In this document: piece by piece, positions 45,601-58,894 of the stretch
How positions within the stretch are numbered: position 1 is the stretch's first letter
Layout of the letters: the number at the start of each line of letters is the position of its first letter
DNA from: Craspedostauros australis
Lineage: Eukaryota
Assembly (NCBI GenBank): GCA_030167865.1
Contig: JALAGF010004961.1
Span: forward strand, 1-64,000
Reading direction: 5' to 3'
DNA length: 64,000 nucleotides
Notes under the pieces: model-generated
Seen by the model: the letters and a program-made list of their open reading frames with translations, nothing else
Databases searched by the model: none
What the model was told of the DNA's origin: nothing
Made by a program: the position numbers and the translations under genes

Positions 45601-47412
45601 TACATGATGGCCATCGACGCCGACACCCGCGTCCATCGCATGGCCATGCAGCACATGGTCTACCACCTCGANNNNNNNNNNNNNNNNNNNNNNNNNNNNN
45701 NNNNNNNNNNNNNNNNNNNNNNNNNNNNNNNNNNNNNNNNNNNNNNNNNNNNNNNNNNNNNNNNNNNNNNNNNNCACATGAAGAAGGCCTTCGAGTCTGT
45801 GTTCGGTTGCGTCACATGTCTCCCAGGCTGCTTCACCATGTACCGACTTTTCACCGAAGAAATGGACCCCTTGATCTCCGCCGACATCATCTTCCAAGAG
45901 TACTCTCGCAACGACATCCAGTCCCTTCACGAGAAGAACCTGTACGAGCTCGGAGAAGACCGTATGCTCACGACGCTGCTGTTGCAGCACTTCGCAGGAA
46001 TGAAGCTGAGTTTCGTCCCAGAAGCCATCTGTTGGACCATCGTTCCCCATACCTTCTCCATCTTGCTGAGCCAACGTCGTCGATGGATCAACTCCACACT
46101 CCACAACATGTTCGAGTTGTTGAAGGTGGAGACGATGTGTGGTATCTGTTGCATATCGATGAAGACCATCGTGATCGCAGATCTACTCGCCACCATGATC
46201 CTTCCGGCCAGTATCGCATACCTCGGATACCTGGCGTACCTCTTCATCACTCAGCCAGAGATGATCGATCCGTTCGTGGTGTACTTCTACGCCGTGACGA
46301 TCATCCTGATGATGCTTCCGTTCCTAATCCGCTCTCGATGGGACTACTTCTTCTGGTTCATCATGTACGTGTTGTTTGGCATCCCGACATTCTACTTCAT
46401 CCTTCCTCTGTATTCGTTCGTCCACATGGATGACTTCTCGTGGGGCAAGACGCGCATGGTTAGCGGCGGAGATGCTGCAGCGAAACCAGCGACCACGGAA
46501 ACCGAAGCGGAACCGAAAGCACTCGACACGGACGACGCGGGTACCAAGAAGAATCAACCGAAAGGCGCGCAATCAGCCGGTGATGCTTCGAGCTGGAAAC
46601 CGTCGTCTGCCCGCGATGATACTGAGGTCAACACCGATTTCGGCACCGCGTTTGAGACAGAGACTGGTGATTCGGGTTCCATGCAAAGGTCAGTCGCAAG
46701 AATGGAAGCACCACCAGCTCGCCTCCGCACCATGGCAACGGCATCGACGATCAGTGCCATCACCCCAACCACCAGAGGACTTCACTCGCACAGGTCGAAG
46801 GAGCGTCGCGTCGAGGATCAGCGCCCTCAAGAGATGGTCAACGCCATCTCGGTCGCAACCAGCTCGGGGGAAATCCTCGTCTACTTTCAACAATCCAAGC
46901 AAAGGAAGCAACCGAATTTAGCCCCGCTCGTCGACAAGCTCGTCACGTCCGACGCCATGTGCCAGAAGTGCAGCATCGACGCCATCCTGACGCGTGCCGA
47001 CCCAGTGAACCCCGACATCCCCCTCACCGCCGATCCTCTGGATCCTGAAGAGTCCGAAGTGTGGTTCGTCTTTGTTTGCCGCGCGAAGACGGCGCAGTCA
47101 AGCAGCTACTCCTTCCGCAAGCAATACGCAGAATCCTTGTGCACTGTTCTGCAAGGCATGCACAGCAACATCTTTGAGACTGAACTCGCCTTTCAGTTTG
47201 GCAAGGACATCACCCCGCCCGAATCGAAGCGGCCGCTGGGGGATTACATCACCAACTTGGACGTCGTTGCATACATCCAGGACATTGTTCATCCCAATGA
47301 CGGTCCCTCAGGTTCATCGGCAATTGGCAGAGAGGCCATCTCTACGTACTTCGGCAAGGATCGTATCAACGAGATCGTGGAGGTGATCGCAAACCTTTCG
47401 CAGGAGGAGTAG
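42614..47412 (+). CDS. CHS: Chitin synthase CHS-E, 2 exons, ~1525 aa (contains a 103-N gap)
   Basis: Exons 42614-44541 and 44763-47412; intron 44542-44762 (GTGAGT...AACAG, 221 nt). HPGG, GNRGKRD, LGEDR, QRRRW, SWGKTR intact; the QVFEY region falls in the gap. Confidence 0.92.
45672..45774. other. Assembly gap (103 N) in the CHS-E catalytic core
   Basis: Run of N; same length as the homologous CHS-D segment 39462-39564. Confidence 0.99.
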
Positions 47413-49357
47413 AGTAGAGCAGAGTAGAACAGAAAATCGTAAAACGTAGCACGAGCAGTAGTACCCATACCATACCAGCATGCAAACATACGAACATGAT
47501 TAGGCAGACCACAACCACATCAACACTGTGCTGTATTCGTAATGCGAGAAGAACGAAGCACTCCACATTTAGTTGCACTGATTGGGATGCTCAAGTTGAT
47601 TGGCGAGACCACCATTCCATCAGCTACACGCTCCGCAGCGAGGCCCAGGCGAGTCCTCTTTTTTCTAGATTTGCGGCTGTTGGGTACCGCGAAAAGGCCT
47701 TTATCGTTGGCGCGCACCATATCCACGACTTAAGTGGATCTAGGCCTTTATGTTGACTGTTTGATCGTGTCACGAATGTTTTTTGTAAATATAAATAAAA
47801 TTATTATTTCACCGCGACTTTCATTCAATCGATTCTAATTGTCACAACTTCCAAGACATCACGATGGCATGTGGCGTTCGAAGAGTGTGGAAACAAGCAG
47901 TGCTTCAAGAAAGCACTCCACCCATCATCCACGGTGACATTCTCATGCATATCTTCTATGTCAGGCCTGCGTGAACCACGCAAGTGGTAACATCCACAAC
48001 ATTGCGCGTCTGTGGTGTTCGAGACATCACCTTGATGCACTTCATCATCGTCAACTCCGCTCCGCGCCATCTGCCACACGCGATCGAGGTTGCTTGGCCA
48101 CTTTGGCTGTGGAGGTTTAATAAAACGAAAGGCAGTCGGCACAGAAGTCGTTCAGCGAAAGTTCTGACAATTCATAGAGCAGTGACCATTGTGACGTGGG
48201 CGACGCATTCGGGAATCGTTTCACGCCCGGTCGGTCACAATAGATAAGCCGTTTGTGCTTATGAAAATGTATTCCCGCCCTTGTCATGGGATTCGAAGAA
48301 GGCTACTCGGGTAGTACGTGACGCATTGTGCGTGTGTCCGGAACATCATGCATGATGTTACTTCTTTGGCAAATCTTTGGTTGACGTTGGTGGCAGGTCT
48401 ATGTGGCGGGTGGCGCGTTGGAGGGAGAGAAGGAAATGAATGCAGTTGCTCTGGGACAACCGAATAGAGTCCTCCGCTGTGATGTTGTGTGCGTTTTGGG
48501 GAAGGAGTGTGCTGTGAACTTGTTGAGGTATCAACTGTGTCACTGTGTTGGGTGGGAACTCCCATGGTCGCGGTGTCGGAAAAGGAGCAGAGCAAAGTAC
48601 TTTTGGAATTATTATAAAGACTATACTCGTATGTGCACATCCCTTCCTGTATGCGGAGATTCCGCTATTCAGTCTCAATGCGTTGTGCGCGTCACATGTC
48701 CCATCTTGGAATCCCGTGTTTGATGTGAAAGAGGAGGAGAGAGACGCGAAGGCCGGGGGAGGGAGTTGTTGGATACCGATTGCAAAGTATGGGGTCTGAG
48801 TCGGAAGCGCCAGCACCCAACGACGATCTATTTTGTCCTGGCATCACGAGTACTCCTCTCTGTGTTAGGAGTATCGGAGCACAGCACTGTGTTCTGATTT
48901 GTGTTTACCCTTGTCTTACGCGTGCTTCTCGTTGCCCAATAGAAATGTTCGTACTGATTGTGCACATGCATGCCACAAGCGACAGATTCGAAAGTGATGC
49001 ATTCCTCATTTCTTTGTGCGTAATTTCGAAAGAATGCCGGAGCCGGTTAAATCGTGCATGTGGATTCTGCCGGGTTGGGTTTGCTCGCTCACATATTTCT
49101 TCCGCCTTCTGTGTCCGCCGCTTATCTATTGGGCTATTTCGTTAAACGGGTAATTATGTCCAGACAGAATAGGGCCAACGTGAACCAAAGTCACAAAATA
49201 CGATCGGTCTCACACAACAGACCACAGTACGAGAACGACAAAACAAAACAATGCAAAACACGGTGGGCAACTGCGCTTGACACAACACACAGCGCAGAAA
49301 ATGGAGGAAGATGAAGCGCATTCATCGCGGTTGGGCGCATGATCGTGTGCGACGAGT

Positions 49358-49394
49358 CGAATTGAATTGAGTTGAATTGAGTTGAGTTGAGTTG
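49358..49394. repeat. Pentamer repeat (GA[AG]TT)n, ~7 copies
   Basis: gaattgaattgagttgaattgagttgagttgagttg. Confidence 0.85.
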
Positions 49395-49478
49395 GAACCA
49401 TTGCCTCCCACACTCGCGCCAGCAAGACAGAGGGAGTCTCGAGGTCTCACAACAGGAGAAGCAGCAGCAAGGACACCA

Positions 49479-49480
<2 letters not shown>

Positions 49481-49510
<30 letters not shown>
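49481..49510. repeat. (AG)15 microsatellite upstream of CHS-F
   Basis: 30 nt of perfect AG repeat. Confidence 0.95.
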
Positions 49511-49511
<1 letters not shown>

Positions 49512-50063
49512 CTTGCAAAGAACCACACAACTCACAAAGGAGAAGAGGTAAGCAAGTGCATCATCACCAACAACATCATCCTTGTCGATCTTTCTGCACT
49601 CTTGTCTTTCGTCGCTTTCATCAAAAGGTGCGTGCGAGTGGGAGTTGGCGCGTTGGCGTGTTGGATGCACATTGCAAAAAGGAGTGGGACATCCCCCATT
49701 TGGTACAAACATACTCACACCAACTTCAACACAACACGGTGCACTTCCCGACTCTACTCCACCCTTCCACGCTGCTGCTGTTGTATCGTCGGACAACCTT
49801 GTTTCCGTTCAAACCCTTGGCATCAACAAAAATCCAGTGCGCGCGTTCGTCCAACCTTTTTCCGAATCTCCATCTTGCCATAACTTACGCCTTCTTGCAC
49901 CAAGAACACCACACCGACAACCAGACAGGCACATAGCAGTTCCGAAAGAGCAAGAGAACACAGAGCAAGAAGTCCACGCTCTCCCTCCATCCACGCCACC
50001 TGCCTTCACCGCAACGATCGTCATCATAATACTCGCGAGGGCGACAAGCACAACAGCAACAAC

Positions 50064-53000
50064 ATGAGCAGCCACCGATCGCCTCGCAGGCCTTCTGGCA
50101 CGTCGGACGAGCCACCGCGCCGCCCACTCGGAGGCGGAAGTTCCCACCAACGGCGCTCCGACTTCACCGGCGGCTCCGCGTCCCTGGCCTCCGAACCATC
50201 CGGCAACTTCAGCATCAGCACGAACACCTACGACGAGCACAGCAGCTCCAACAACAACAATGGCATTAACGGCATGAACAACATGAGACGCAGCAGGAGC
50301 CGCGATCGCAGCAGCGGATCGTACCACCGCAAACCCTCCGTGACGGAGTACAGCACGCACAGCTCTCCCGGCAACGCCTACTTCGGCCGCCGGCCACAGC
50401 GCCGCGAGGAGCCGGTCGACGACGATGGCGCTGAAGAGGACTCCCTCAGCGGCCGCCGCCCCAGCCTCACCAGCAACCTGGACGACGAGACCTCCAGCAT
50501 CCTGCGCCAGATGGTGGAGACGCAGAACGCGCTCGCCCACAACCTGCAGACCGGGTCCGAGGATGAGGACGACATGATGGGAGGTGGCGGCCCAGGCTCC
50601 TACCACAGCCGCACGGGCTCCTACCACAGCAGGACCAACAACTCTGTGCGCAGCCGATCCAACTCCATCCACAGCAAGGGACCGGACCTCGCGGCTCTGC
50701 CCACCATGAACATGCCCTCCATGTCCCCCACCATCGCCTCCGACGACCAGCTGCAGCAGCTCTCCATGCAGAACCAGGCCCTCATGGAGCACATCAAGCA
50801 GCTGCAGGACAACATGCCTGGCGCGGCACCACCGCCGCCTGCCTTGCGCGCATCGGTCTCCGCACCGCACACGAGCCCACGCGGAGCCCCCAACTCACCC
50901 TACGGACCACCCAAATCGCCGCGCAACGATGGATTCGCCCTCGTGCCGCCACCACCGCTCGGCGACGCGGCCTCCGTGGGCAGCAACCACTCTCGTTCCA
51001 AGCCCAACACCTTCCAGGTCCCGCTCTCCGCTCCCCAGGGACGCCGGCCAACGTTCGGCAGCACCCTGCGCGGACCCCAGAGGACCAGCAGCCTGGTAGA
51101 CAACATGGACACGCCTCTCTCCGCTCCGCAGGGAGCGCGACGCAAGTTCAACCCCGCCAACTTCGGATCGGATTCTGCTCCTCGCAGAGTGCAGAGTCTG
51201 CACGGCCGCTCCGTGGATCCTCCCTTCGTGGCACCACCGCCGATGGCCGACATGGACCGTACGGTCCGATCCGTGCCAGCGGTTGCGAGGCGACAGGCCA
51301 GCCTCGGTCCGCCCCTGAACAGGTCCCTGCATGGCCGATCCATGCACTCGCGCGGCAGCAACCACGAACCCGCGCGCAAGATGTCGTTGCACAGCCGACG
51401 CAGCGCGGCCGCGGACGATGCAGATGGCATGAGCCAGCACATTCCGCAAAGCATCGTCGTCAATGCCGAGAACAACGGCACCACGCCTGCCGATGGCGCC
51501 ATGTACGATGATCGTTCTCTCCTCAGCGGCGACGATTCTCGCGGATCGTCCCTGCTGTCGCGTCACGACCGATCGTTAGCTGCGGCCCGCGGTGGAACCT
51601 ACCATCCACGCCAGAGCGGCATGACGGTGGCCACCGCACAATCGGAGAACGTCAACGAGACCCCACCTGTGCCGCAGCGGCAGCGATACGCCGATCCCAT
51701 CGATGACTACGAGCCAGTCGACAACCCGCCGGGTTCGCGCTTCTGGAAGTCACTCTCCGTGGCCATGACGTGCCTCATTCCGGACTGCCTCATCCCCAAG
51801 AAGAGCGCGGGAGAGAAGCTGGCATGGCGCGAGAAGGTCACCATCTGCCTCATCGTCTTCTTCGTCTCCATCGCAATCGTCGGTGGCATCGGCTTCCTCC
51901 CCATCTTCCTGTGCCGCTCATCGGAGATGTACACGCAGGCCGAAATCAACAAGCAGAGCGGCGAGGCCTGGATCACGGCCTTCGGTACCATCTACGACGT
52001 CAAGCGTTACATTGGCAAGCATCCCGGTGGCGCCGAAGGCTTCCGCAACTACCTGGGTCAGGACGTCAGCCGCTTCTTCCCACGTCCACCACCATCTGCG
52101 CTGCCCGCGTTCTGTCTCGACATCAGCAAGAACTCATCTCTGGTGGAAGACCTTTCGTGTCCAGGTCTTGAGGATGAAGAGGATTCGCTGAGCGAGACTT
52201 TCTGTCACACCAACATCGTGGGCCGCGAAGGCGTGCACAATCTCCTCCGTGGATACAAGGAAGGAGAGTTCGTCGTCTCGCCATGGGATCTGGATGAGGA
52301 TGAGAACATGAACTACCTCCTCATTGACAAGACGATCTACGACGTCACACAGTACATTGACGGTTTGCGGTAAGTCCAACATTGTTGTTGGGATTGGCGT
52401 ATTTGATGTTGTTGTTGTTGTTGTTTTGCAATCAGTGGAAAAGCGAGCCCATGCACAAATGTACGCGAACTCACACCTTGTCCCCATCCTTGCATTTACA
52501 GTGACGAAAAGACCAAAGTCTTCAGCACCGAACCCTCCCATCCAAATGCTTACCTCTTTGAGGATTTGCATAGACTCATCGTCAACTGGGTCGACAGCGA
52601 TGCCACCGCCGCCTACGACGCCGCCTTCCAGACCAACGATTTCAAGAACTGCATGGACATGATGTTCTACCATGCTCGCGTGGATGATCGTTATGACGCA
52701 GTCTGTTCCAACATCGGTGTCGCCATGTACTTCCTCCTCTTCGTCGTCACCTTCATGATGCTCATTCAGGTCTTCTGCTCTCTCCTCTACCTGGCACGTA
52801 GCCATCCGCACTTCACGGAGGAAGATAAGAAGGCAGCCGTAATGATCATGGTGCCATGCTACAACGAAACGGACAAGGAACTCCTCAAGACCATCGACAG
52901 CGTTCTCTTGAATGACTACCCTGAAGAGAACAAGGTTCTGACCGTTGTGGCCGACGGTGTCATCACCGGATCTGGTGCGACAGCCAGCACGCCAGAGATC

Positions 53001-55316
53001 TTGGGTGATATCCTCGGTTTCGAATTCGATTGCATGGACGAAGCGCACGAATACAAGAGTCTTGGTGAGAGTACCAGGAACTACATCTCCGTCTACGCAG
53101 GAGTGTACGAAAAGAAGATCGGCAACGGAACGCGACGCCTCAAGTACATGGTCCTCGTCAAGCAAGGATCGATGGCAGAACGTGGCACTCGTCGAGCCGG
53201 TAACAGAGGAAAGCGTGACTCTCAGCTTGCCATTGCTGGTATGCTGAACCGCCTCCACTACAACCGTGAGCCAGGTGAGCTGGACAACGTCGTGAAGCGC
53301 GAGTTGGACCGTCTTGATATCCCACTGAAGGACATTGAGTACATGATGGCCATCGACGCCGACACCCGCGTCCATCGCATGGCCATGCAGCACATGGTCT
53401 ACCACCTCGAGCGCAACAAGACCGTCCTCGCCTGCTGCGGAGAGACCCAGGTCGACAACAAGTCGCAATCATGGGTCACCATGATGCAAGTCTTCGAGTA
53501 CTTCTCGAGTCATCACATGAAGAAGGCCTTCGAGTCTGTGTTCGGCTGCGTCACATGTCTCCCAGGCTGTTTCACCATGTACCGACTTTTCACCGAAGAC
53601 ATGAACCCCTTGATCTCAGCCGACATCATCTTCCAAGAGTACTCTCGCAACGACATCGAGTCCCTTCACGAGAAGAACCTGTACGAGCTCGGAGAAGATC
53701 GTATGCTCACGACGCTGCTGTTGCAGCACTTCCCCGGAATGAAGCTGAGTTTCGTCCCAGAAGCCATCTGCTGGACGATCGTCCCACACACCTTCTCCAT
53801 CTTGCTGAGTCAACGTCGTCGATGGATCAACTCCACGCTTCACAATATGTTCGAGCTGTTGAAGGTGGAGACGATGTGCGGTATCTGCTGCATTTCCATG
53901 AAGACCATCGTGATTGCAGATCTGCTCGCCACCATGATCCTTCCGGCCAGTATCGCATACCTCGGATACCTGGGATATCTCTTTGCCACTCAGCCCGAAA
54001 CGATCGACACGTTCGTGTTATACTTCTACGCTGTGACGATCATCCTGATGATGCTTCCGTTCCTGATCCGTTCTCGATGGGACTACTTCTTCTGGTTCAT
54101 CATGTACGTGATGTTCGGCATTCCGACATTCTACTTCATCCTTCCTCTGTATTCGTTCGTCCATATGGATGACTTCTCATGGGGTAAGACGCGCATGGTT
54201 AGCGGCGGAGATGCTCCGACGCCACCGCCAGCCGTCGTCAAGGACGGCAAGAACCCGGAGAAGGAAGACACCACCGACAAGCAGAGCTCCACCGATGGAG
54301 AAGAGAAGTCCCTCAAGGATGACAAATCCACCGATGACGAGAAGGCGTCGAAGGACAGCAAGACAGTCAAAGACGATGCGACCGCTAAGGATGAATTGTC
54401 CACCAGAGACGGCAGAACCGTCAAGGGCGACGTATCCGTACGCGGTGACAAGCCTGCCAAGGGGGATAGATCCGTTCGTGGCAACAGTTCTGTCCGAGGC
54501 GGCAAGTCCGTCAAGGAAGATGCTTCCATCCTCGACAGAGGTGACGCCAGTGTGCACTCCAGACGCAGCACACGATCCTCGGGCACAGCGAGATCTGGCG
54601 GAACCGCACGCAGAGGAAGAACCGTGCAGGCCATCACCACTGGTACCGACTCCGGAGAAATCCTCGTCTACTTCCAGAGCACGCATTCCGAGAAGCAGCC
54701 GTTCCTGGCACCGCTCGTCAAGGCTCTGGAGGAGTCCGAAGAGCTGCGTCTCGAGTACAACATCGACGCCATCCTGACGAGGCCGAATCCAACAGACCAC
54801 ACCATCCCGCTTCGCGCAGACCCAAGCGACCCCGACGAGGATGAGGTTTGGTTCGTCCTCGTGCGCCGCATCAGGTCCCTGCGTGAGAACAGCCGGGCAT
54901 TCCGCAAGACCTACGCCGAGTGGCTCTGCCTCCTCTTCGCGGACCTCAGCGCACGTCACAAGAAGAAGAGCTTCGCCTTCCGCTACGGCAAGGACATCAC
55001 GCCGGAAGATGGCACTGGTCCGCTCGGTGATTACATCACAACGTCGGACGCCATCGCCTACATCCAGGACGTCAACGCTAACATGGCCCTGGAGTCCCTG
55101 GCTCTCGATCAAGACACGCTCTCCCTCTACTTCGGAGAGGACCGTCTCGGTGAGGCTAAGAACGCAGTCCTCGAGGAGATGTTCGCCCAAGCGCAGGAAG
55201 AGGACGACGATGACGAAGACAGCGTCGAAGTCGATTCCTACGACAGCGGTTCCGATCAGGATCGCTGGGACGAACGCAGAGGCCAGCCCGGCAACCAGAG
55301 CCGCAGAAGGTACTGA
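50064..55316 (+). CDS. CHS: Chitin synthase CHS-F, 2 exons, ~1706 aa
   Basis: Exons 50064-52369 and 52502-55316; intron 52370-52501 (GTAAGT...TACAG, 132 nt). All catalytic motifs intact. Confidence 0.95.
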
Positions 55317-58300
55317 ACAACGACGACGGCTACGGCGTCAACAACAACATGACGTATCAAGGCCTCGATCTTGGTGCTTGTCATCATTTGATGATGAGAT
55401 CGCGAGCACGAAACACAGCATCAACGCTGAACAGTGGCGATCTACATCCACCTCTCTGTACCAATACAAAATGCATACACTATGTGCTGCGTCCTTCCCC
55501 AATCGGCGGAAGAGTCGCACGAATAACACGTACCTAAAGACAAGTATCTGTTTCAAGCAACTTCCACTGTATCGGTGCCTCGCGATGATGCCAAGCTCTC
55601 TACCATGTATGGTCCAAGGTGATGCTTCGCTCCTTTGCCCAAGTGCAGGGCATTCTACTAATGCCATCAGGAAGTCCTGGATCAAGAACGCTGACCCAGC
55701 TCAATGGTACGCGACGAACGATCCACGCCAACCAAAGTCTTCACATGTCGTGGATACGCTCCAAATCTACATCCGTTGGTAGATGTGGCGTTTGTGCTGC
55801 ACTGAATTAATTCATGAATATGTATATTGCCGCGAATACCAAAGTAATAGACACATAAAACGTCTGTACGGCGTCCGTATTGACACAACGGTTGCGTTCC
55901 ACAAAGAGATCAGCACATCAAGGAAACCACACAAAAACATGGACAAAATCATCATCAACAACAAAGATCTGCCACCACAAACACAACTCCATCCTCTTTC
56001 ACGAAGATCCGTTGATGGGCATGGTTGGTCATGGAACGAAGTCGCCAATGGTGGAGCGACGATGAAAGGAGTAGAGTAGAGTGATTCATTCGTTCGACCT
56101 CGTCGCTTGACTTCACGGTACGTCGAACAGGATAGCGTGCGTCGACTAATCTTTCAGTCGATGCGCGGCCGTGTGACTGCTCGTTGACACGATTTGTTGG
56201 AGCTGCGGAGGATGCACATGCATGGTAACGTTTTCGGCAAGGCGAGATCTCTACACCTTGTCGGATTCCGAATTAGAGTACCATGCAAGATTGATGCTAA
56301 GAGGGCTCGCTTGGTTGTGGAAGGCAACAATCCGTTGCGGTATCTAGTGACCTAGTAAAACCCTCGCACAAGTCTTTGAAACGCATCTTCGCCACGATGG
56401 CGCGGAGCATTGCGGAATAGGTACTCCTTTGAAGGAACGCTCACTGACTCTCTCCTGTGCCCATTTCTTTGCACATCACTAACAATGATTACGATTGCTG
56501 CGCGTTGATCTTTCTATTCCGCAGAGTATGCCTTTGCTCGCACACTGCCCTTCCAACGGCAACCCATCATTGATGGTATCCACTGCAATGCGAGGCAAGA
56601 CAATGATCAGCAGGCAGTACCAACACCAACATCGTCGATTGCATCGACAAAAACAATGCTCCAAGCATGATTGGTCGCAGGGCCGGGGAAGTGCAATGGC
56701 TTCGGCGACCAGGAGTCAGGGCAGGTCCTGTTCGTTTCATTCTTCACAACCGACCAACCAACCAACGGCGTTTCGTGAGTGCGACGCGTGATCCTGCGAA
56801 GGTGTGAAGCTCTCTGGTGTGAAGCTCCGTCACTTTACGGATGTCCTTTGAGTGATGTTGTTGCCTTTTTTGTCGTCGCCAAACGGACTGCGAGGGACAG
56901 GAACATGGCGCACGTGCACCGTGGCTCTATACTTGCTGTGTTCGTACGATTGCAGAACTTTATTCGGCTTTGCTGTTGTTCCGCATGAGAGGAAGGTTCG
57001 AGGTAGATTGAAGAGAAAGAGGACCAATGAATGGTCATGTGATTGTGTTGCGTTGTTGATGTTGCGCGTGCAAAGGAACAAGTCACGTCGTATCGCCATG
57101 TTGGTGATGATTTTACGAGGGGCAGTTGTTGTCGTGGTGATGATCGTGGTCGTGATTGCTGATTGTGCGAGACCGATTCAATGGAATGGAATGAAATGGA
57201 GTGGTGGGCTCCCTTCGTTGCGCTGACGGGAGAAAACATCGCAACTTTCGTGTGACATCACCAACCAAGAGTCTTTCCCAATCTTGTACGGCGCATCGTG
57301 GAGTATCGAGACACCATCTCCTCTGTTGCCGTTGCTCCTGGTCGCTCTCCAATTGCCGACCAAAATACATAGCGTAGCTAACGTATGAACATCACGCAAC
57401 AAGATGATCGCTGCGACGAGCCACCGTTCGATCAATACTCGAGCACGCTCTTCATGCGTCGGAGTAGACCGGACACGACCTCCCTTTTGCTCGACTCCAT
57501 GCCGCATTCACCAGTTGCTACATGCCAGCGTTGAAGCTCCATCTCCGTGCGTGCCCATGTAACATGGGCAGAATACAAGCTATGACAAGGAGGCCACACA
57601 GCAACACTGTAGCAACACAAAGTTCGTCGGCTGAGTTTCCATCACGATGCTGCGGATAGATCAATGGAGATAATAGAATCATGAATGGATGGATGGATGG
57701 AGTGTAATAGTAATAGAATAGAATACTCCGCGTCAAAGTAAATAATAAAGTACTCTATTCAGAGGAGTGGTTGGGATGTTCCATGCGGAGAGATCCAACA
57801 ATGCCGACGCTTTTCTTGTTCCAATTTTTCTCCCTACACGTTTGGATCACCGGCATGTGCGGATAATGCGTTGGGAGTCATTTGGACGACAATCACATGG
57901 TGCACCCAGAGGAGAACACAACTGCGGCGCGGTGTTGGTTAAATAGTTTCACGTGGACTACGAGTAGAAGCGCGATGTTGACAGTTTGACGCCAACGGCA
58001 GCGAAGAGAGGCGTTGAGGTCGGACGAATAACAGCGACGCGTAATTGCGCGGCAGAGTGTGAACGCAGAGGTAGTATTCTTGCTGAACGGCATCCCTGCG
58101 CAGGAAAAGCGACACTGTCCTCCACATTAATCGTTGCACATGGTGACGGCGAGGAAACGAGGAGGAACTATCGCAAAATCGTCGATAACCCCATTCAAAA
58201 CAACAGACAAGAAGAGAGGCAGAGACCAAGACACTCAAACAGTGACACAAGGGGGAAGTCAACAGGGAAACGAGAAGCACAGCGACAGTGTCAACAGTGA

Positions 58301-58894
58301 AGGAAGGAAGAGGAGGCTTGGTTGTCAATGGGCAGAAGCGCGCGCAACTTGAGAGAGAGAAGGATTGGCAAACAACAGAAAGACTCGGCCAGGACAACGA
58401 AGCACAAAAGGCGGGCCAGCTGAGTTCGGAGCAACGTGACAAAACCGAAACCGTCGCAAAGGCACTCTCCCTTGCGTCAATCATATCATAGCATACTTGC
58501 AGAGAGGACTGAGCGCAGAGCAGATAGCTTCCATAGAGTAGTTGTATTATACGATCTCCTCCTTTCGCACCTGCCGCTGCAACGACTCGAGGTGGCGAAG
58601 CAGTGAGGTGTTGGTGTCACTCTTGGTTTGACAAGAGAGCGAGGGTTGTTGGGACACACACCGCCATACCGAGATTAGCACTATACTCTGCTCAAGAGTG
58701 TGACAAGACAGGCGCCTTTTCGACTCCATCGCATCATTAGCATCAGTCACAACAGCAGCAGCAGTCGGTGTGGCGGATGCAGAGCAAGAAGAGGTGACAG
58801 TTCATCGCCAAAGAGACGAGAGAACGCAGCAAGAGCAAGCAAGCAAGAACCATCAACAGGACCAAAGTAACAACAAGCACTCAATCATAACACC

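Noticed and set aside
49358-49394. Telomere-like repeat
   Set aside because: The GA[AG]TT pentamer is not TTAGGG-like and is short and internal.
2883-55316. Each CHS appearing as two separate ORFs or a broken pseudogene
   Set aside because: A canonical GT-AG intron at the same codon joins the ORFs in frame in all five copies.
55317-58894. Possible transposon remnant in long intergenic stretches (also 47413-49350)
   Set aside because: No terminal repeats, target-site duplications or TE protein motifs could be identified by eye; a repeat-library search would be needed.
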